From assembly GCA_951406725.2 (NCBI GenBank), contig OX597833.1, forward strand, positions 16,492,001 to 16,556,000: a DNA stretch of 64,000 nt, in the 5' to 3' direction. Positions 1 to 12,550 of the stretch are shown piece by piece. Numbering within the stretch: the stretch's first letter is position 1; every line of letters begins with the position of its first letter. A model generated the notes under the pieces. That model was not told the DNA's origin. It worked only from the letters and a program-made list of their open reading frames with translations, and made no database searches. A program made the translations under genes and the position numbers. This DNA comes from Octopus vulgaris (Eukaryota).

Positions 1-16
1 AATTATAATAATAATA

Positions 17-54
<38 letters not shown>

Positions 55-69
55 TATAATAATAATAAT

Positions 70-117
<48 letters not shown>

Positions 118-125
118 CTTCCTAC

Positions 126-300
126 CTTCGTTTTCTATTGTGATAAGGAATTGTCATGCCGAATACGGTTGCTCTTAGAGCAATCTTGAAGCCAATATCT
201 CCCATACCAACAATTCCAAGAGTTTTGTTCTTCACATTTGTTCCAAGTAAGCTCAGACAACCAAAGTTTGGATTTTCATTTTCCATTGCCATGCTGATAC
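126..300 (-). CDS. Paralogue A, coding exon 2 (Rossmann fold); gene continues beyond the left edge
   Basis: Acceptor TTTTCAAG| at 301 and donor AG|GTAGG at 126/125. 175 nt, phase-compatible with exon 1; encodes ...[41 protein letters not shown] (GxGxxG). Confidence 0.9.
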
Positions 301-533
301 CTTGAAAATAACAAAATATTTGGCATTTTCAAATGTAATTATGAATTTATGATTGAAAAGGATAATAATTGTTATTTTCCATGCAAATTTTTAGGTGTTA
401 TTGGTACACTCCCTACTTGGAGCCATACAGTGCTTTCTATTTTCAAGTTCCTCACTTGTTGGGGCACCATGATGTCTCCTTTCTGGGGCACCACAATATG
501 TTGCTCGCTGGAGCACCATTATAAATATGTATA

Positions 534-593
<60 letters not shown>

Positions 594-660
594 TACATAT
601 ATATATATACATATATATATACACATATATATATATATACATATATATACATACATATAT

Positions 661-1495
661 GCCGGTTCGCGCACGCATGCGCGCCGCATGCACCTCGCCC
701 TTGGACCCGACGAGACCTCCCGCCCGTTCCTGGGATGTCGCTTGTCGTTGGGTTTTCCCACGCCCGTCTCCGCGGGACCACTCTTCCATCTTCCCCTCCG
801 CTGGAGTCCTTTTCCTTAACCCCCCCCCCCTTTTTTTCGTTACACACACGCGCACACATATTACACACATTGCTTAAACATATACATTACTCTTACACAC
901 ATTCAATCTACTCGCCACTAATACTACCACGACACTGGACACACACACACACTACTACTCAACACACGCTGGCACGCCCCCACCCCTTCCCCTCCCTCCC
1001 TTCCTCCTTCCTCCCTTTTCTTACTACTGACCTTTGTCTGCTATGCTGCTGCTATGCTGACCACCGTCTCGCCCTACCTCACACGCCTACACACAGACGC
1101 ACACACTAACACATACATATATTTTTTGTTTTTTTATCTCGCCTCACACACACACATACACACACGCACACGCACACACTCACACATACACACACATCTG
1201 TTGCGTTACCAACCTTGTCTCCACTCTTTTGCCTTTAAAAACCCACTTTGCTCTTGTTATCGTAAACATCCGCCTTTCACCATGTGTAACTCCTAACACC
1301 AGTCGTTTTTTTCTCTATCTCCGTTGCCCGCTCCGGGATCTTTCTTTCCTCTCTCTTCCTTCTTTATGTTTCCGACGAAGAGCTCCGCTCGAAACGTCAT
1401 ACCTCCCTGCTTCCATTTCCTGAGCGCCTATTAATAATAATACTGTAATTGTTCCATTGTTGTTGTTTTTTTGTTTCCCGTTTGGATTAAAATTA
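661..1495 (+). mobile_element. (TA)n-flanked PLE-like non-autonomous element with a minimal hammerhead motif
   Basis: Bounded by (TA)n tracts. CCGACGA-A-GAGC-TCC-GCTC-GAAACGTC at 1372-1398; stem I is weak. Confidence 0.5.
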
Positions 1496-1525
1496 TATAT
1501 ATATATATATATACACATATACGTA

Positions 1526-1648
1526 TATATTTTAATTGGGAAGGCTAGTTTATGGGATTACCCTGGGTTTTCCGTCCATAAAGGGTTTCGCTTTATGGAT
1601 GGGAAAGCCAGGGTAATCCCATATACCAGCCTTCCCCATTAAAATATA
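1526..1648. repeat. Fold-back inverted repeat next to (TA)n
   Basis: Imperfect arms of about 58 bp (1526-1583 / 1591-1648) with a 7-nt loop. Confidence 0.9.
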
Positions 1649-1880
1649 CACTGCCCTACATCTTAAAGTGTGTTTCTTCTAAAGATATATGTCTTTTTAC
1701 ACACACACACACACACGCATATAAATTAAAGAAGAACCACCTTTTATCAATTCAACATTGAAACAATAATGATATAATTAAATTATACCATATAGAAAAA
1801 AATTAAATATACGATAAAATCATATACCAATAATTAAGTAAATTTCAAAATGATAAATAAAAAGTATATAATTGGTAAAA

Positions 1881-1963
1881 GGACTACAAGTGTTTTGTGG
1901 GTATATTTTCAAACTGATAACAGTAAAATCAATTCAATTTAAATACAGGCACTCTTCAGGTCC
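1881..1963 (-). ncRNA. Type-I hammerhead-like motif with a decayed G12
   Basis: GGAC-CTGAAGA-GTG...CAC-AAAAC-ACTT-GTA-GTCC. Stem I is GGAC/GTCC; CGAAA>CAAAA fits CpG decay. Confidence 0.65.
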
Positions 1964-2520
1964 AAGATAAAAACAATAAAATAATCAAATAAATATACGT
2001 ATATAATCTTGTAAGAAAATATAAATAAATACAAAAATACGTAATTTTACAATAAAAATCAAACAAAATACAATAATATATCATATCATAAAAACACGAA
2101 ATATCTTAACAAATATATTCAGGTATAAATATAACTAGAATTAATAGGTATTTATAATTCTTGTAGTCATAGTTTGTAATAGCATTATGTATATAAGTTA
2201 AGATGAATTTTTTTTTAGTATATATTACTTGATTAGAATAAGATTTAACTTCGATGTTTATTAAATAAATAATTTACTTTAATGTATATAGATTAAATTA
2301 TAGTATTACAGTTTTAAATACACACACACACACATGCTACCAAGTATATTTTAAAATTCTGGTTCCCCTCTCCACAAGTGCAACAAGAGATGCTACACAC
2401 TTATTTTTTTATTACTCACTAATTTTGGATCTATCATGTTTTCGTATACTATATTTTCATATATTTTTACATGCATGTTCTAAAATATCTTTCTTCTATT
2501 TTCATACGATAAACACTTAC

Positions 2521-2899
2521 CCGTCAGTATTTTCCTGGTCGATATTAATATTAAAGTAATGGCAAGTTCTGCTGTACTGTCGGAATTAATGTATCTAGTG
2601 TTTCCAACTCGTATTCCTTTTTCTTTGGCACATTTTAGATCGATATGGTCAACACCTACACCACAACTTGAAACTACTCTCACGCGAGGAAGAGTTGTTA
2701 AAAGTTTGTCTGTAATGTTCGCATGCATGCCTATTGAAATGATACCAATAACGTCTTCCTTTAAGCCTGGATTCTGTGCAATGTCATCCTGGAAAACTAC
2801 TTGAAAAGAAGTTCTGAGGCGACTCAAAAGCTGTTCAAATAATTCGTCCTTGAAGTGTTGCGCGGCTATTAGAACCGAAGCTTTCATATCTGCCGTCAT
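2521..2899 (-). CDS. D-2-hydroxyacid dehydrogenase (glyoxylate/hydroxypyruvate reductase-like), paralogue A, coding exon 1
   Basis: ATG at 2899; MTADMKASVL...SSCGVGVDHIDLKCAKEKGIRVGNT...STAELAITLILISTRKILTG is the substrate-binding domain motif. Donor G|GTAAGT at 2521/2520, phase 1. Confidence 0.9.
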
Positions 2900-3656
2900 G
2901 TTCAAATGTCACGTGATTCACAAACGTTTGTCGCTCTTTTCAATGAAAATCAGGCGATTTGCTCAGTCACGCATTTATTTTAATGTCTCTTACTTGATTC
3001 AGTCATTGGACTGCGGCCATGCTGGGGCACCGTCTTGACGGGTTGGAGTTATCGGACGTAACTGATGATGATTATTTTCGTAGAGTATATCCTGTTAAAA
3101 ATGTGTGTAACTCAAAGGCGAAGTTTCAAAAAACATGATTTATTTTGTTGCATTTACAATTATAAACAGACCGCGTCGAATCGATGAAAATCAACATATC
3201 ATTTTAACTTTAACTGTATGCATTAGTTGACGATCTACATAGCCTTGTGAAATTGCTAATGAGGAAAAGGTGTGTGACAGATGTGATAGGGAGGGTTATC
3301 TGTAAATGTGGTGGTCATGACATTTACAGCCTATTTAATCAAGTCTGAGTAGATGAATGTGAGTGTGGAACAAATGAGTGAGGGAGAGTAGTTTTCGTTT
3401 GACCCAGTGGCATGGTTTCTCGTTCAGCCCCAAAACCGTCTGCAACAGGCTGTCATGATCGCAAGCAGGGAACGGACGCCTTTGGCTGGTCAGTTGGTCG
3501 TATTTATAACAGTCTGTGGTGGGTGGATCTTCAAGTTGCCACACGCATTCTTAGTAGTTTAGAGTAGGCTCGAATTAGAGATTATTCTTTGTGGCTAATG
3601 GCATGAGTCCTGATTGGAAAAAGAAGACAACAGCACCAGACACATCTCGCTTCTAA

Positions 3657-3880
3657 AATACCTATTTCTTTATTACCCACAAGGGGCTAAACACAGAGGG
3701 GACAAACAAGGACAGACATAGGTATTAAGTCGATTACATCAACCCCTAGTGTGTAACTGGTACTTAATTTATCGACCCCGAAAGGATGAAAGGCAAAGTC
3801 GACTTTGGCGGAATTTGAACTCACATCATAAAGACAGACGAAATACCGCTAAGCATTTTGCCCGGCGTGCTAACGTTATC
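3657..3880 (-). mobile_element. tRNA-derived SINE, family 2 (GGCGAGCTGGCAGAA...GTTCAAATTCC...GGGGTCGATAAATTAAGTACC)
   Basis: Many near-identical copies in the window (also about 7915-8225, 15650-15870, 17290-18160, 21705-22120, 37612-38875, 39865-40340, 50280-50695, 58108-58245). A-box- and B-box-like motifs in the head. Confidence 0.85.
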
Positions 3881-4312
3881 CCGTCAAGGTAATCCTGCAT
3901 ATAAAATCTGCCACACATCATGGATTGAGAATGCAGACCCTAACTCGCTTCAGCTTACTAGCAAATCTACCCATCTACGATGGAGGCATAAAATGAGGGA
4001 GGGAAGTCATAATGGCAGTATGTATTGAGAAATGTGTGAATGGACTCGATAGATTACTGGGTGATGTCTCAGAGAAATTACATCACTGTTGGTGATATAA
4101 GCATTCTATTGCGGTTATATGATATGAGTTTGAAACTAAGTGACATGTGTTGATGATTTACCCCCGAACTGAAATAGGCCCCCAGCCCCTGTATCATGAA
4201 TAGTTATGCGGACCATTCCTAACGAAAGCCAGAGCTTCTTTCAAGCTCTACAATTGTATGTACTGGTTGAAGGAATTAAGAAAAGATATACTTTTATTTT
4301 AGTTGTTTACAA

Positions 4313-4584
4313 GGATCTTTACCTTTTGACTGGCAGATTTAGAAAAAAAATTTTTGTAACTAAACACTTTCAAACTTCGGACACTGGTAGAATGTGTCAT
4401 ATAAAACATCTTTTACTTTTAGCGTTTTTGAGAAAAGTTAACATTTACGAAGTTATTTCGTGTTAAAGTTGTCGTATTTTCGGTAATTTCAACTAATCAA
4501 TGACGTGTATTCAGCTGAATAAAATTACTGCTGTTGTTTGTCAACAACAACTTTCTCGATCAGCCGTTCAAAGGGAAAAGATCC
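4313..4584. mobile_element. Merlin-like MITE
   Basis: TIRs GGATCTTT.CCTTTTGA / TTCAAAGGGAAAAGATCC with a perfect 8-bp TSD GTTTACAA (4305-4312, 4585-4592). Confidence 0.8.
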
Positions 4585-4958
4585 GTTTACAATATTTTGT
4601 TTATACTCTTATACATTCAAAGTTCACAAATTTCCTTATTTAAATTATGAATCATATTCCATTCGATAATATCAATATGATTACAAAACTTCTTTGTAAA
4701 AGATATTTTCTGTTTGGTCGACACTAATTTTTAAATTACTGGAGTCCGCTGCTCTACACATAGCGACGTATAACTGGCCGTGTGTAAACATCGGAGTGGG
4801 TAAAAATGTACCTACACGAGTAGAATCTTTAGTGTTACTAAAAATCAAACTAAGACTAACCTCTCACTGTTCTATGCGAATAATGTCTGGATGTTCTGAT
4901 ACAACGGGTTATTTTGATTGACAAAATACTTTTAATTTTGCTTGACCTAAAATTCACA

Positions 4959-5469
4959 CCGTAAATCCTCGAGTTTAGTCCGCCCTTGAGTATAATACAC
5001 AGGGGATTTTTAGGAGGTTGTACCTCTGAAAAACCTAAACCTTGTGTATAATACGTACTCCTTCTCTAACTTGAGTGAAGAAGGTCTATACAACATCCTT
5101 GGTTTGTAGAAACGTATACGGTAACGTCCTTTATTATTATTGTATATATAACATAATGCAAACTTGTAGCTTTTTTGTGCATTTTGTTTGCAGAAAATAA
5201 AGAAATAACAGTAATAACGTTTAGTAAATGTTGCTTACTGCAAGTTATGGATGATTCTATTATGACTTCATTGCTTTCATGCTTAGCTTAAGGTATTTTC
5301 GCACCCGATATCACAAAATGCGTCTGAATAAACATTGCCGGACAGCAAATAGAGACTCGGACATTGCTTAGAAATATTTTTCATTTTTAACTTCGTATAT
5401 AGTACGCACTAGGGATTTTGACCTTTAAATTTTGGGGGGAAAATGCGGATTATACTCGAGGATTTACGG
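4959..5469. mobile_element. Tc1/mariner-superfamily MITE (CCGTA ends)
   Basis: TIR CCGTAAATCCTCGAGT / ACTCGAGGATTTACGG with a TA right flank. A truncated sister copy lies at 10389-10867. Confidence 0.8.
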
Positions 5470-6786
5470 TATTCCTAAACAATGAGTGTAGCCTGTCACA
5501 AAGTACTAACCACTGAGACTCAGTGAGTGGTTCTTGTGTTGTTCAATTCAATGGTGTATAGATGTTGCGTTAGAACGACCTCACTTGTCATTCCATCTAC
5601 TCTGAGCTCTAAGACATTGGAAGAGCGGCAACGAATGCAGACTAACCCAATTGGAAGCACACAAGCTACAACCTTCCTCTGTTACCTACGCTTCAAATTA
5701 TGTAGTTCTATAATGGAACTGACCAACCAGCCGAGAGGTCATGAATGGAAGGTCAGAAGTACCATTGACAACGAAGAAGCACAAGATGGCAACCACCGTA
5801 TATGTATGTTTATGTATGCACTTACATCACCATGAAATAATAACTTAAAAAGACAGTGAAAAATTCTTTTGAAATGGTTCATTGGGGTAATAGAATAGGG
5901 TGCTCAAACACAGGCTGAGCGCTCTGTAGTGGATAGACATTGCAATCTTAGTACACAAGACACAACAGTTGATGGTGCTATGACCTTATGAGAAACAGTA
6001 GCATATTCTCTTCAGATGATTGTAATTATGTCAACTGGCCTCATTACTGTTCTTACGTAAAACAAGGCCATTAAAACTTCGATATCTTAATCGTAAACAC
6101 AGGATAATATTGACGATGTATCAAACACTTTCCAAACGTGTTGCCTTGATCAGTAACATTCGCAATGCTGAAAAAATTGTTGTGACACTACAATCCATAC
6201 AAGATAGCAGAATAACCCCAGAAGAAAGCTTATGAAAAGTATGCGCACATTTTTTGTTTTATTAAAATACATTTAGCGTTTGCAGGTCAGAAATTAACTA
6301 TGAGGAAAATACTTAAACATTAAAGAAAAGTGATCTTCTTAAAAGTAAAAAAGAATTGTTTTCCTTTTATTTTTAATAATCAAATAATAAAATAGAGAAT
6401 AAGACGTTTTTTTTTAATTAATCTACGCAATTTTTTAAATTAATTTTTTTAATTAATCTTCGCAATTGCCATATCTTTCTCTATTCAAAGTCTGGTTTGG
6501 CACCAGTGACATTGCAACTCATTTCTATTGCCCTATTTTTTCCCTATTTGTCTCTGATGATGGAATATCTCATACTCAGCGATATCCCCAAAACAGCTGC
6601 AAGACTTTGAATAGTAAGGTAAGTAGGTGCCAAAATGAAACAAGTTTCTTCGTCATTCATTTCCGGGTATCTTTCTTGGAGAATACTATTCACGATTCAT
6701 TAACTTAATTATAAATGACCCCAAAATAATCAAAAATAATTCTCTGCAGTTTCAGGAATATATTGTTTCTTGGTTAGATATCATCA

Positions 6787-7037
6787 TTACAAAATTACTT
6801 CAGACGGCATCGCTTTCCCTGCCAAAGCACAATTTAAATTTTCTATCACTAAACCAATCATTTCTAAGCGAGTTTCGAAAGTGTATGTTCCACAGTGAGG
6901 GGTTATGACAACATTTGGCATGGATAACAATGGGTGTCCTCGTGGTAGCGGTTCAGGTTCGGTGACATCCATGGCAGCACTTTGAATTTCATTTGACTGA
7001 AGAGCTTTCACAAGGGCGTCGGTGTCAACTATCTTCC
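6787..7037 (-). CDS. Paralogue B, exon 4 (terminal)
   Basis: CCACAG| acceptor; GKIVDTDALVKALQSNEIQSAAMDVTEPEPLPRGHPLLSMPNVVITPHCG...* with catalytic Glu and His. The four exons sum to 999 nt, i.e. 332 aa plus stop. Confidence 0.93.
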
Positions 7038-7254
7038 CTGTGGCAAGAAAGGAGAAAAACATAAAGAAAAATGGTCAATAAACTGATGGCTTTCTATAGA
7101 AAAGATAGCCATTTCTATTTTAGAGATTTACTGTTGATTTGGAATAATAAATCTTCTGAATTCATATACGACGTTTCTAGAATTTCACACTCTCAAGAAT
7201 TTATTATATTTCGCATTTGTTTTGACTATTAGCATCTTGCATCTACAGACTATT

Positions 7255-7445
7255 TGATACGAACAAATAAAGTGTCTTTTCGCTGTTCACATGAAAATTT
7301 ATACAACGTTCAGACTTTGAAATGGAGTGGCCATGGGTTCTCCTCAAGGACCAATGTTTGCAGCATTCTGTTTGTTCACAATAGAAAACAGAATAAAACA
7401 AAAGTAGGAATAGATAATATGCACCAGATATGTAGGTAATACGCA
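7255..7445 (+). pseudogene. Degraded Penelope-like reverse transcriptase fragment in intron 3 of paralogue B
   Basis: The frame from 7321 reads NGVAMGSPQGPMFAAF..IEN....*.*..TRYVGNT, matching the PLE RT motifs GVAMGSPLGP and RYVDD. Confidence 0.7.
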
Positions 7446-7656
7446 AGTTGTGGCGTATACACTTAAGGAGGTTGAGACACAAGACAACTTACAAAAGAGC
7501 TCTATACATAAATTTAACAAATAACACCTCGTTTTTAGACATAAATGTATAGATCGAAAACAGAAATATCAATTTACCAACCCTGTAATTTTTAAAGTTT
7601 AAATGTTTAAAGATAGCTAAGTCTTGAAATGTTTCACAAGAGATGTGTTATCTTAC

Positions 7657-7835
7657 CTCGAGCGATGTTTACCAAAAGTGAAGTTTTCTTCATCAACCGG
7701 AATTCTTCTGTACTAATCAAGTTAATCGTTTGTTCTGTGCAAGGACAAGCAATAACAAGAATATCTGTTTCGGGTAACATATCATGCAAACGAGGGTAAT
7801 ACGTAGCTTTGACCCGTTCTTCGTCTTCCTTGCTT
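7657..7835 (-). CDS. Paralogue B, exon 3
   Basis: TATAG| ... |GTAAG; 179 nt; SKEDEERVKATYYPRLHDMLPETDILVIACPCTEQTINLISTEEFRLMKKTSLLVNIARG, with the catalytic Arg in the NxARG motif. Confidence 0.92.
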
Positions 7836-8233
7836 CTATAAATTTAGAAGAAATGTGTTCAATATTTTGCCGTCTAAACAGCTTCAGTAAGAACATAATA
7901 AATAATAATAATTCTTTCTACTAGAGGCACATACCCCAATGTTTTACTGGTACTTAATTTATTGATCCCGAAATAATGAATGATAATATCGATCTCAGTG
8001 GAATTTGAACTCAAAATATAGCGGCGGAAGGCCTTGAAAATTTTGGGAGAAAAGGGCTAGTCGATTATATCGATTGCAGTGCGTAACTGGTACTTATTTC
8101 ATTAACCCGGAAAGGATGAAAGGCAAAGTTGACACCAACGGAATTTGAACTCAGAATGTAACGGCGGATGAAATACCGCTAAGCATTAAGCCCCGCATGC
8201 TAACAATTCTGCCAGCTCATCGTCTCAATAATA

Positions 8234-8268
<35 letters not shown>

Positions 8269-8269
8269 G

Positions 8270-8327
<58 letters not shown>

Positions 8328-8955
8328 TAATAATAATAATAATGATAAAAATAAATGCCCTGATGCAGTACCAGACAGTGGCTCTCATGGCTTCTGATCT
8401 TAACTGATTGAAAGTTTTATCATGTACATTGTTTTGTCTTGGTATAAAAGATGGGTTACAGCAAATATTCTGCTCAATACCACAGATTTGCTTGTCAGTT
8501 GTTTGACCTTAACCAGTTGACCAAGTCCCTTAGTGGCTGACGATATGTGCATCTCTGGTCACGAGCAGAAGTAGAGAGGGGGCATCATAGCCGTGTGTTG
8601 AAAGGAATTCTTGGAGGTTTGGATAATTCACCTTTGGAAACATGGGTGTTTCGTTCAACATCCTTAAACAACCCTTATTCAGGGACCTTTTGAGTGGGAT
8701 GGGTTACTCGACCAAAAAGAAAATTCTAACTGGGCTCCACCTGAAACGTCATGTGCTGTTTATCTTGATATGAGATAACCATGTCGCACACACATATGGT
8801 TGTGATGCATGTAACAAGTAACAGATATAAGATAGATATACTGCATAAATACAAAGTATTTTAGATGGACCCTACAACCACAGTTGCAACCCTTATTGCA
8901 GTTGTCAGCTGTTAATAGTGAGAGGTAATGTTTCACAATTACTTATTTGCCATAC

Positions 8956-9130
8956 CTTTGTGTTCTGTTATGATACACGATTTTCATTCCAAACGCCGTT
9001 GCTCTTAGAGCGATTTTAAGCCCAATATCTCCCATACCAACAATTCCAAGATTTTTCTTCGTCACACTTGTGCCAAGTAAGCTCGGACTAACGAAGTTTG
9101 GATGTTCCTTTCCCATTGCCATGCGGACAC
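8956..9130 (-). CDS. Paralogue B, exon 2
   Basis: AG/GT-bounded, 175 nt like exon 2 of paralogue A; ...[41 protein letters not shown]. Confidence 0.92.
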
Positions 9131-9342
9131 CTTTGAAATAAAAAAAAATTAATCATTTCACATTTTCAAATGTAATTATGAATTTATGATCAGTGATATG
9201 TTTTCGAAAATAAAGTGCAATGCATATTTACTGCTACTAAACAGTATAACTTCCTTGTTTCTGTGCCAATTTTGTTGGCATTGCATTTAAATGAAAGATA
9301 GGAAGAAGACTGATATATATATATATATATGTACATACATAC

Positions 9343-9399
<57 letters not shown>

Positions 9400-9792
9400 T
9401 ATGTATATATGTATACATATATATGTGTGTATACACACACACACACACACTTATATAAATATATATATTACTCTTTTACTTGTTTCAGTCATTTGAATAT
9501 GGCTATGCTGGAGCACCGCCTTTAGTCGAGCAAATCGATCCTAGAACTAATTCGTTGTAAGTCTAGTAATTATCCTATCAGTCTCTTTTGTTACGGGGAT
9601 GTCACAAAATATATGCGTACACCGGGACCACACTTCTTAAATAGTACCCAAATTACGTGGGAATCTTTGGTTTAACGTATATATCTCCGCGGGATTATAC
9701 TTCGGACGAAGTTTTACTAAACATCAACTTCAGCTCTTGCACATAGTCGAGCTTTTTTATATGAATGCCTACAACAAGAGTTAGGCCTAACA

Positions 9793-11188
9793 CAGGGGTT
9801 GCCAAAGGGGGTCCAACGGACCGCCCAGGGGTCGGCGAGGAATTACAGGGGTTCGATGATAGCCAAGGAGTCGAATGGGGGTCGGCGTGCGAAAGACCAG
9901 CTTACCCAGATGAACTGCTTGAAATACTTTGTCAGCACCATGCTCATATTTCACATTGGGTACTACTAGCGAACAGTGGTCCCGGTGCGCGCACGCACGT
10001 AGTCGAACATCCGCGCTCGCTAGTCATGACTAGTCGATCCTTACTTTGTGTTTTTGTGTGTTATTTACTTTGTTTAAAAAATTATTTACTTTGTGTTTTT
10101 GTGTTTTATTTACTTTGTTTAACAAAAATTATTTACTTAGTGTAAAAAATCATTTATTTTGTGTTTTATTTTCTTTGCTAGCTAGTCGTTGTAGGATCGA
10201 CTAGTCACGACTAGCTAGCGCGGATGCGCGACTGCGCGTGTGCGTGCACCGGGACCACTGTTCGTTAGTAGTACCTTCACATTGATGTTGTCAATTACAA
10301 TAAAAGATACTCCAGCAAAAAGATGCGTTTTTCACATTTTCTAACTGTGAAAACAATGTCATAAAAATCGAAAGTTTAATACTGTATACCGTAAATCCTC
10401 GAGTATAGTCCGCCCTGGAGTATAATACGCAGGGGATTTTTAGGGGGCTGTACCTCTGAAAAACCGAAACCGTGTGTATAATACGCACCCCTTCTCTAAC
10501 TTGAGTCAAGGAGGTCTATATAACGTCCTTGGTTTGTAAAAATTTATACAGTAACGTCCTTTATTATTATTGTATATATAACATAATGCAAACGTGTAGC
10601 TTTTTTGTGCATTTTGTTTGCAGAAAATAAAGAAATAAGACTAATAACGTTTAATAAATGTTGCTAACTGCAAGTTATGGATGATTCTTTTATGACTTCA
10701 TTGCTTTCAGGCTTAGCTTAAGGTATTTTCGCCCCCGACATCACAAAATGCGTCTGAATAAACATTGCCGGACAGCAAATAGCGACTCGGACATTGCTTA
10801 GAAAATAATTTTCATTTTTAATCTCGTATATAGTACGCACTAGGGATTTTGACCTTTAAATTTTGGGTATTAGTTTTAAATGTAAAAAGTGTGTCATCTT
10901 CAATAGAATTTCTTAATTTGTCGTACATGTATATTTTAGCTAACATTTTAATTACCAGTATTATAATGCAAACATGCAGCTTTTTTGTGCATTTTATTTA
11001 CAGAAAATATAGAAATAACAGTAATAACGTTTAATAACTTTAATGCTTGTTTAATGCTTGCGTACCCGGTACGCATTTTTCATGGTACGCATTTTTCATG
11101 GTATTCAGATGTTTTAAATGCAGAGGGTGGTCGATGCGGAAGAACTCGCTAAAGGGGGACGATGGCCATAAAAGTTTGGCGACCCCTG
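9793..11188. mobile_element. hAT (Charlie-like) non-autonomous element hosting nested MITEs
   Basis: TIR CAGGGGTTGCCAAA / TTTGGCGACCCCTG with an 8-bp TSD GCCTAACA/ACCTAACA (7 of 8 match). Confidence 0.8.
9959..10275. mobile_element. Long-TIR MITE (Mutator- or Merlin-like)
   Basis: GC-rich TIRs of about 85 bp (GGTACTACTAGCGAACAGTGGTCCCGGTGC...) with a perfect 9-bp TSD TTCACATTG. Confidence 0.85.
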
Positions 11189-11597
11189 ACCTAACACATC
11201 GTAAAACAAATACCACCATGAGTGATATACAAACAACCATTGAAAAAGCAAGCCACTGGATCTGGTTAAAAAGAGACAATGAGCGCAATGGCTAGAAGAA
11301 TATTGAGCTAGATCTGATGATCAGTTAATCTAGCAGGCAAGGCCTCATTTCAGTGAAGCGGGTTGCTGGTCCGCAATGATGCCGTCGAGAAGTATCCACC
11401 GAAACGGTACGCATCCACTCCAGATGACCCCATAAACTTGCTGGCATCCAGTATGCAGAGCTTTCAAGTGGTAGCTCTTGCATCTGCACGTTTATTTGCG
11501 AAACATTACACGACAATATGAAACTTGCTCTATGCTAAAAACCTAACGACGATAGCATAGTGGCTTTACATTAAATTCTTATTTCTCATAGATAAAA

Positions 11598-11640
<43 letters not shown>

Positions 11641-11899
11641 AAGGAGGCTTTTAAGCGCGGAGCAAAAAGTTGTTAGTTGTCGGATCACTGCATCCTTCAA
11701 AACTTCCATGCTTCCTGAGATTCGCCAACACTACACCTGATTTTCTTCCCTCCATACACACACAAGCATGTATCTGACTCATACACCGTTCACTACCCAG
11801 ACATTTGTACATTACTGCATATACCCTATACGCACTTTCTGACAAGTTGTGGTGCACCTGAGCACTGTATACAATAATTTCATTATTATTATTATTATT

Positions 11900-12317
11900 A
11901 GATCTTTTCGGTTTGAACGGCAGTTTTTTCTAGCGGTGTCATATGAAATTGTCACCCATAATTATGACCCTAGAATCGATCTATTGCATTTCAATATCTT
12001 TTAGGGTTAGGGTTAGGGGTGAGGGAAGGGTATCTTTTTTTCTTCACAAATGTAAATAAACCCAATCTGTTTCTTAAACGAGGGACATATTCATACGGCA
12101 CAAAATGCTTTTTTACTCAATAGACGTCACTGATTGGTTGAAATTGCAGAAATTGAAGAAAAAAAAACCAACAAATATCTTACAAACTATAGAATTTTCT
12201 CAATAAAGGCAAAAGAAAAAGATGTTTTATAAACACATTCTACCAGTATACGAAGTTTAAAATTTTTTAGTTACCTAGAAATTATGTTAAAAACTGCCGT
12301 TCAAACCGAAAAGATCC
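11900..12317. mobile_element. Merlin-like MITE with internal TTAGGG repeats
   Basis: TIR of about 28 bp, GATCTTTTCGGTTTGAACGGCAGTTTT / AAAACTGCCGTTCAAACCGAAAAGATCC. Sister copy at 14871-15306. Confidence 0.8.
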
Positions 12318-12359
12318 TTTATTTGATTTTGTTAGCCGTTGTGGCCAATAAACGAATTA

Positions 12360-12421
<62 letters not shown>

Positions 12422-12550
12422 CACCGATGTTTAATTTACCAGTCACACATAACTAAAAGAAGTTCGGGCAAAGAATATTTTTTAAAAAAAATTCAAAGGG
12501 AAATAATTCTCTAAGTTTAGAATTATCTCCCTTGAACACCATACACTTAC

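Noticed and set aside
349-1296. Many ORFs rich in YI/HT/CV dipeptides here and throughout (e.g. 42629-46848, 49009-49930)
   Set aside because: They are translations of (TA)n, (CA)n and (TATG)n microsatellites that lack stop codons; no coding signal.
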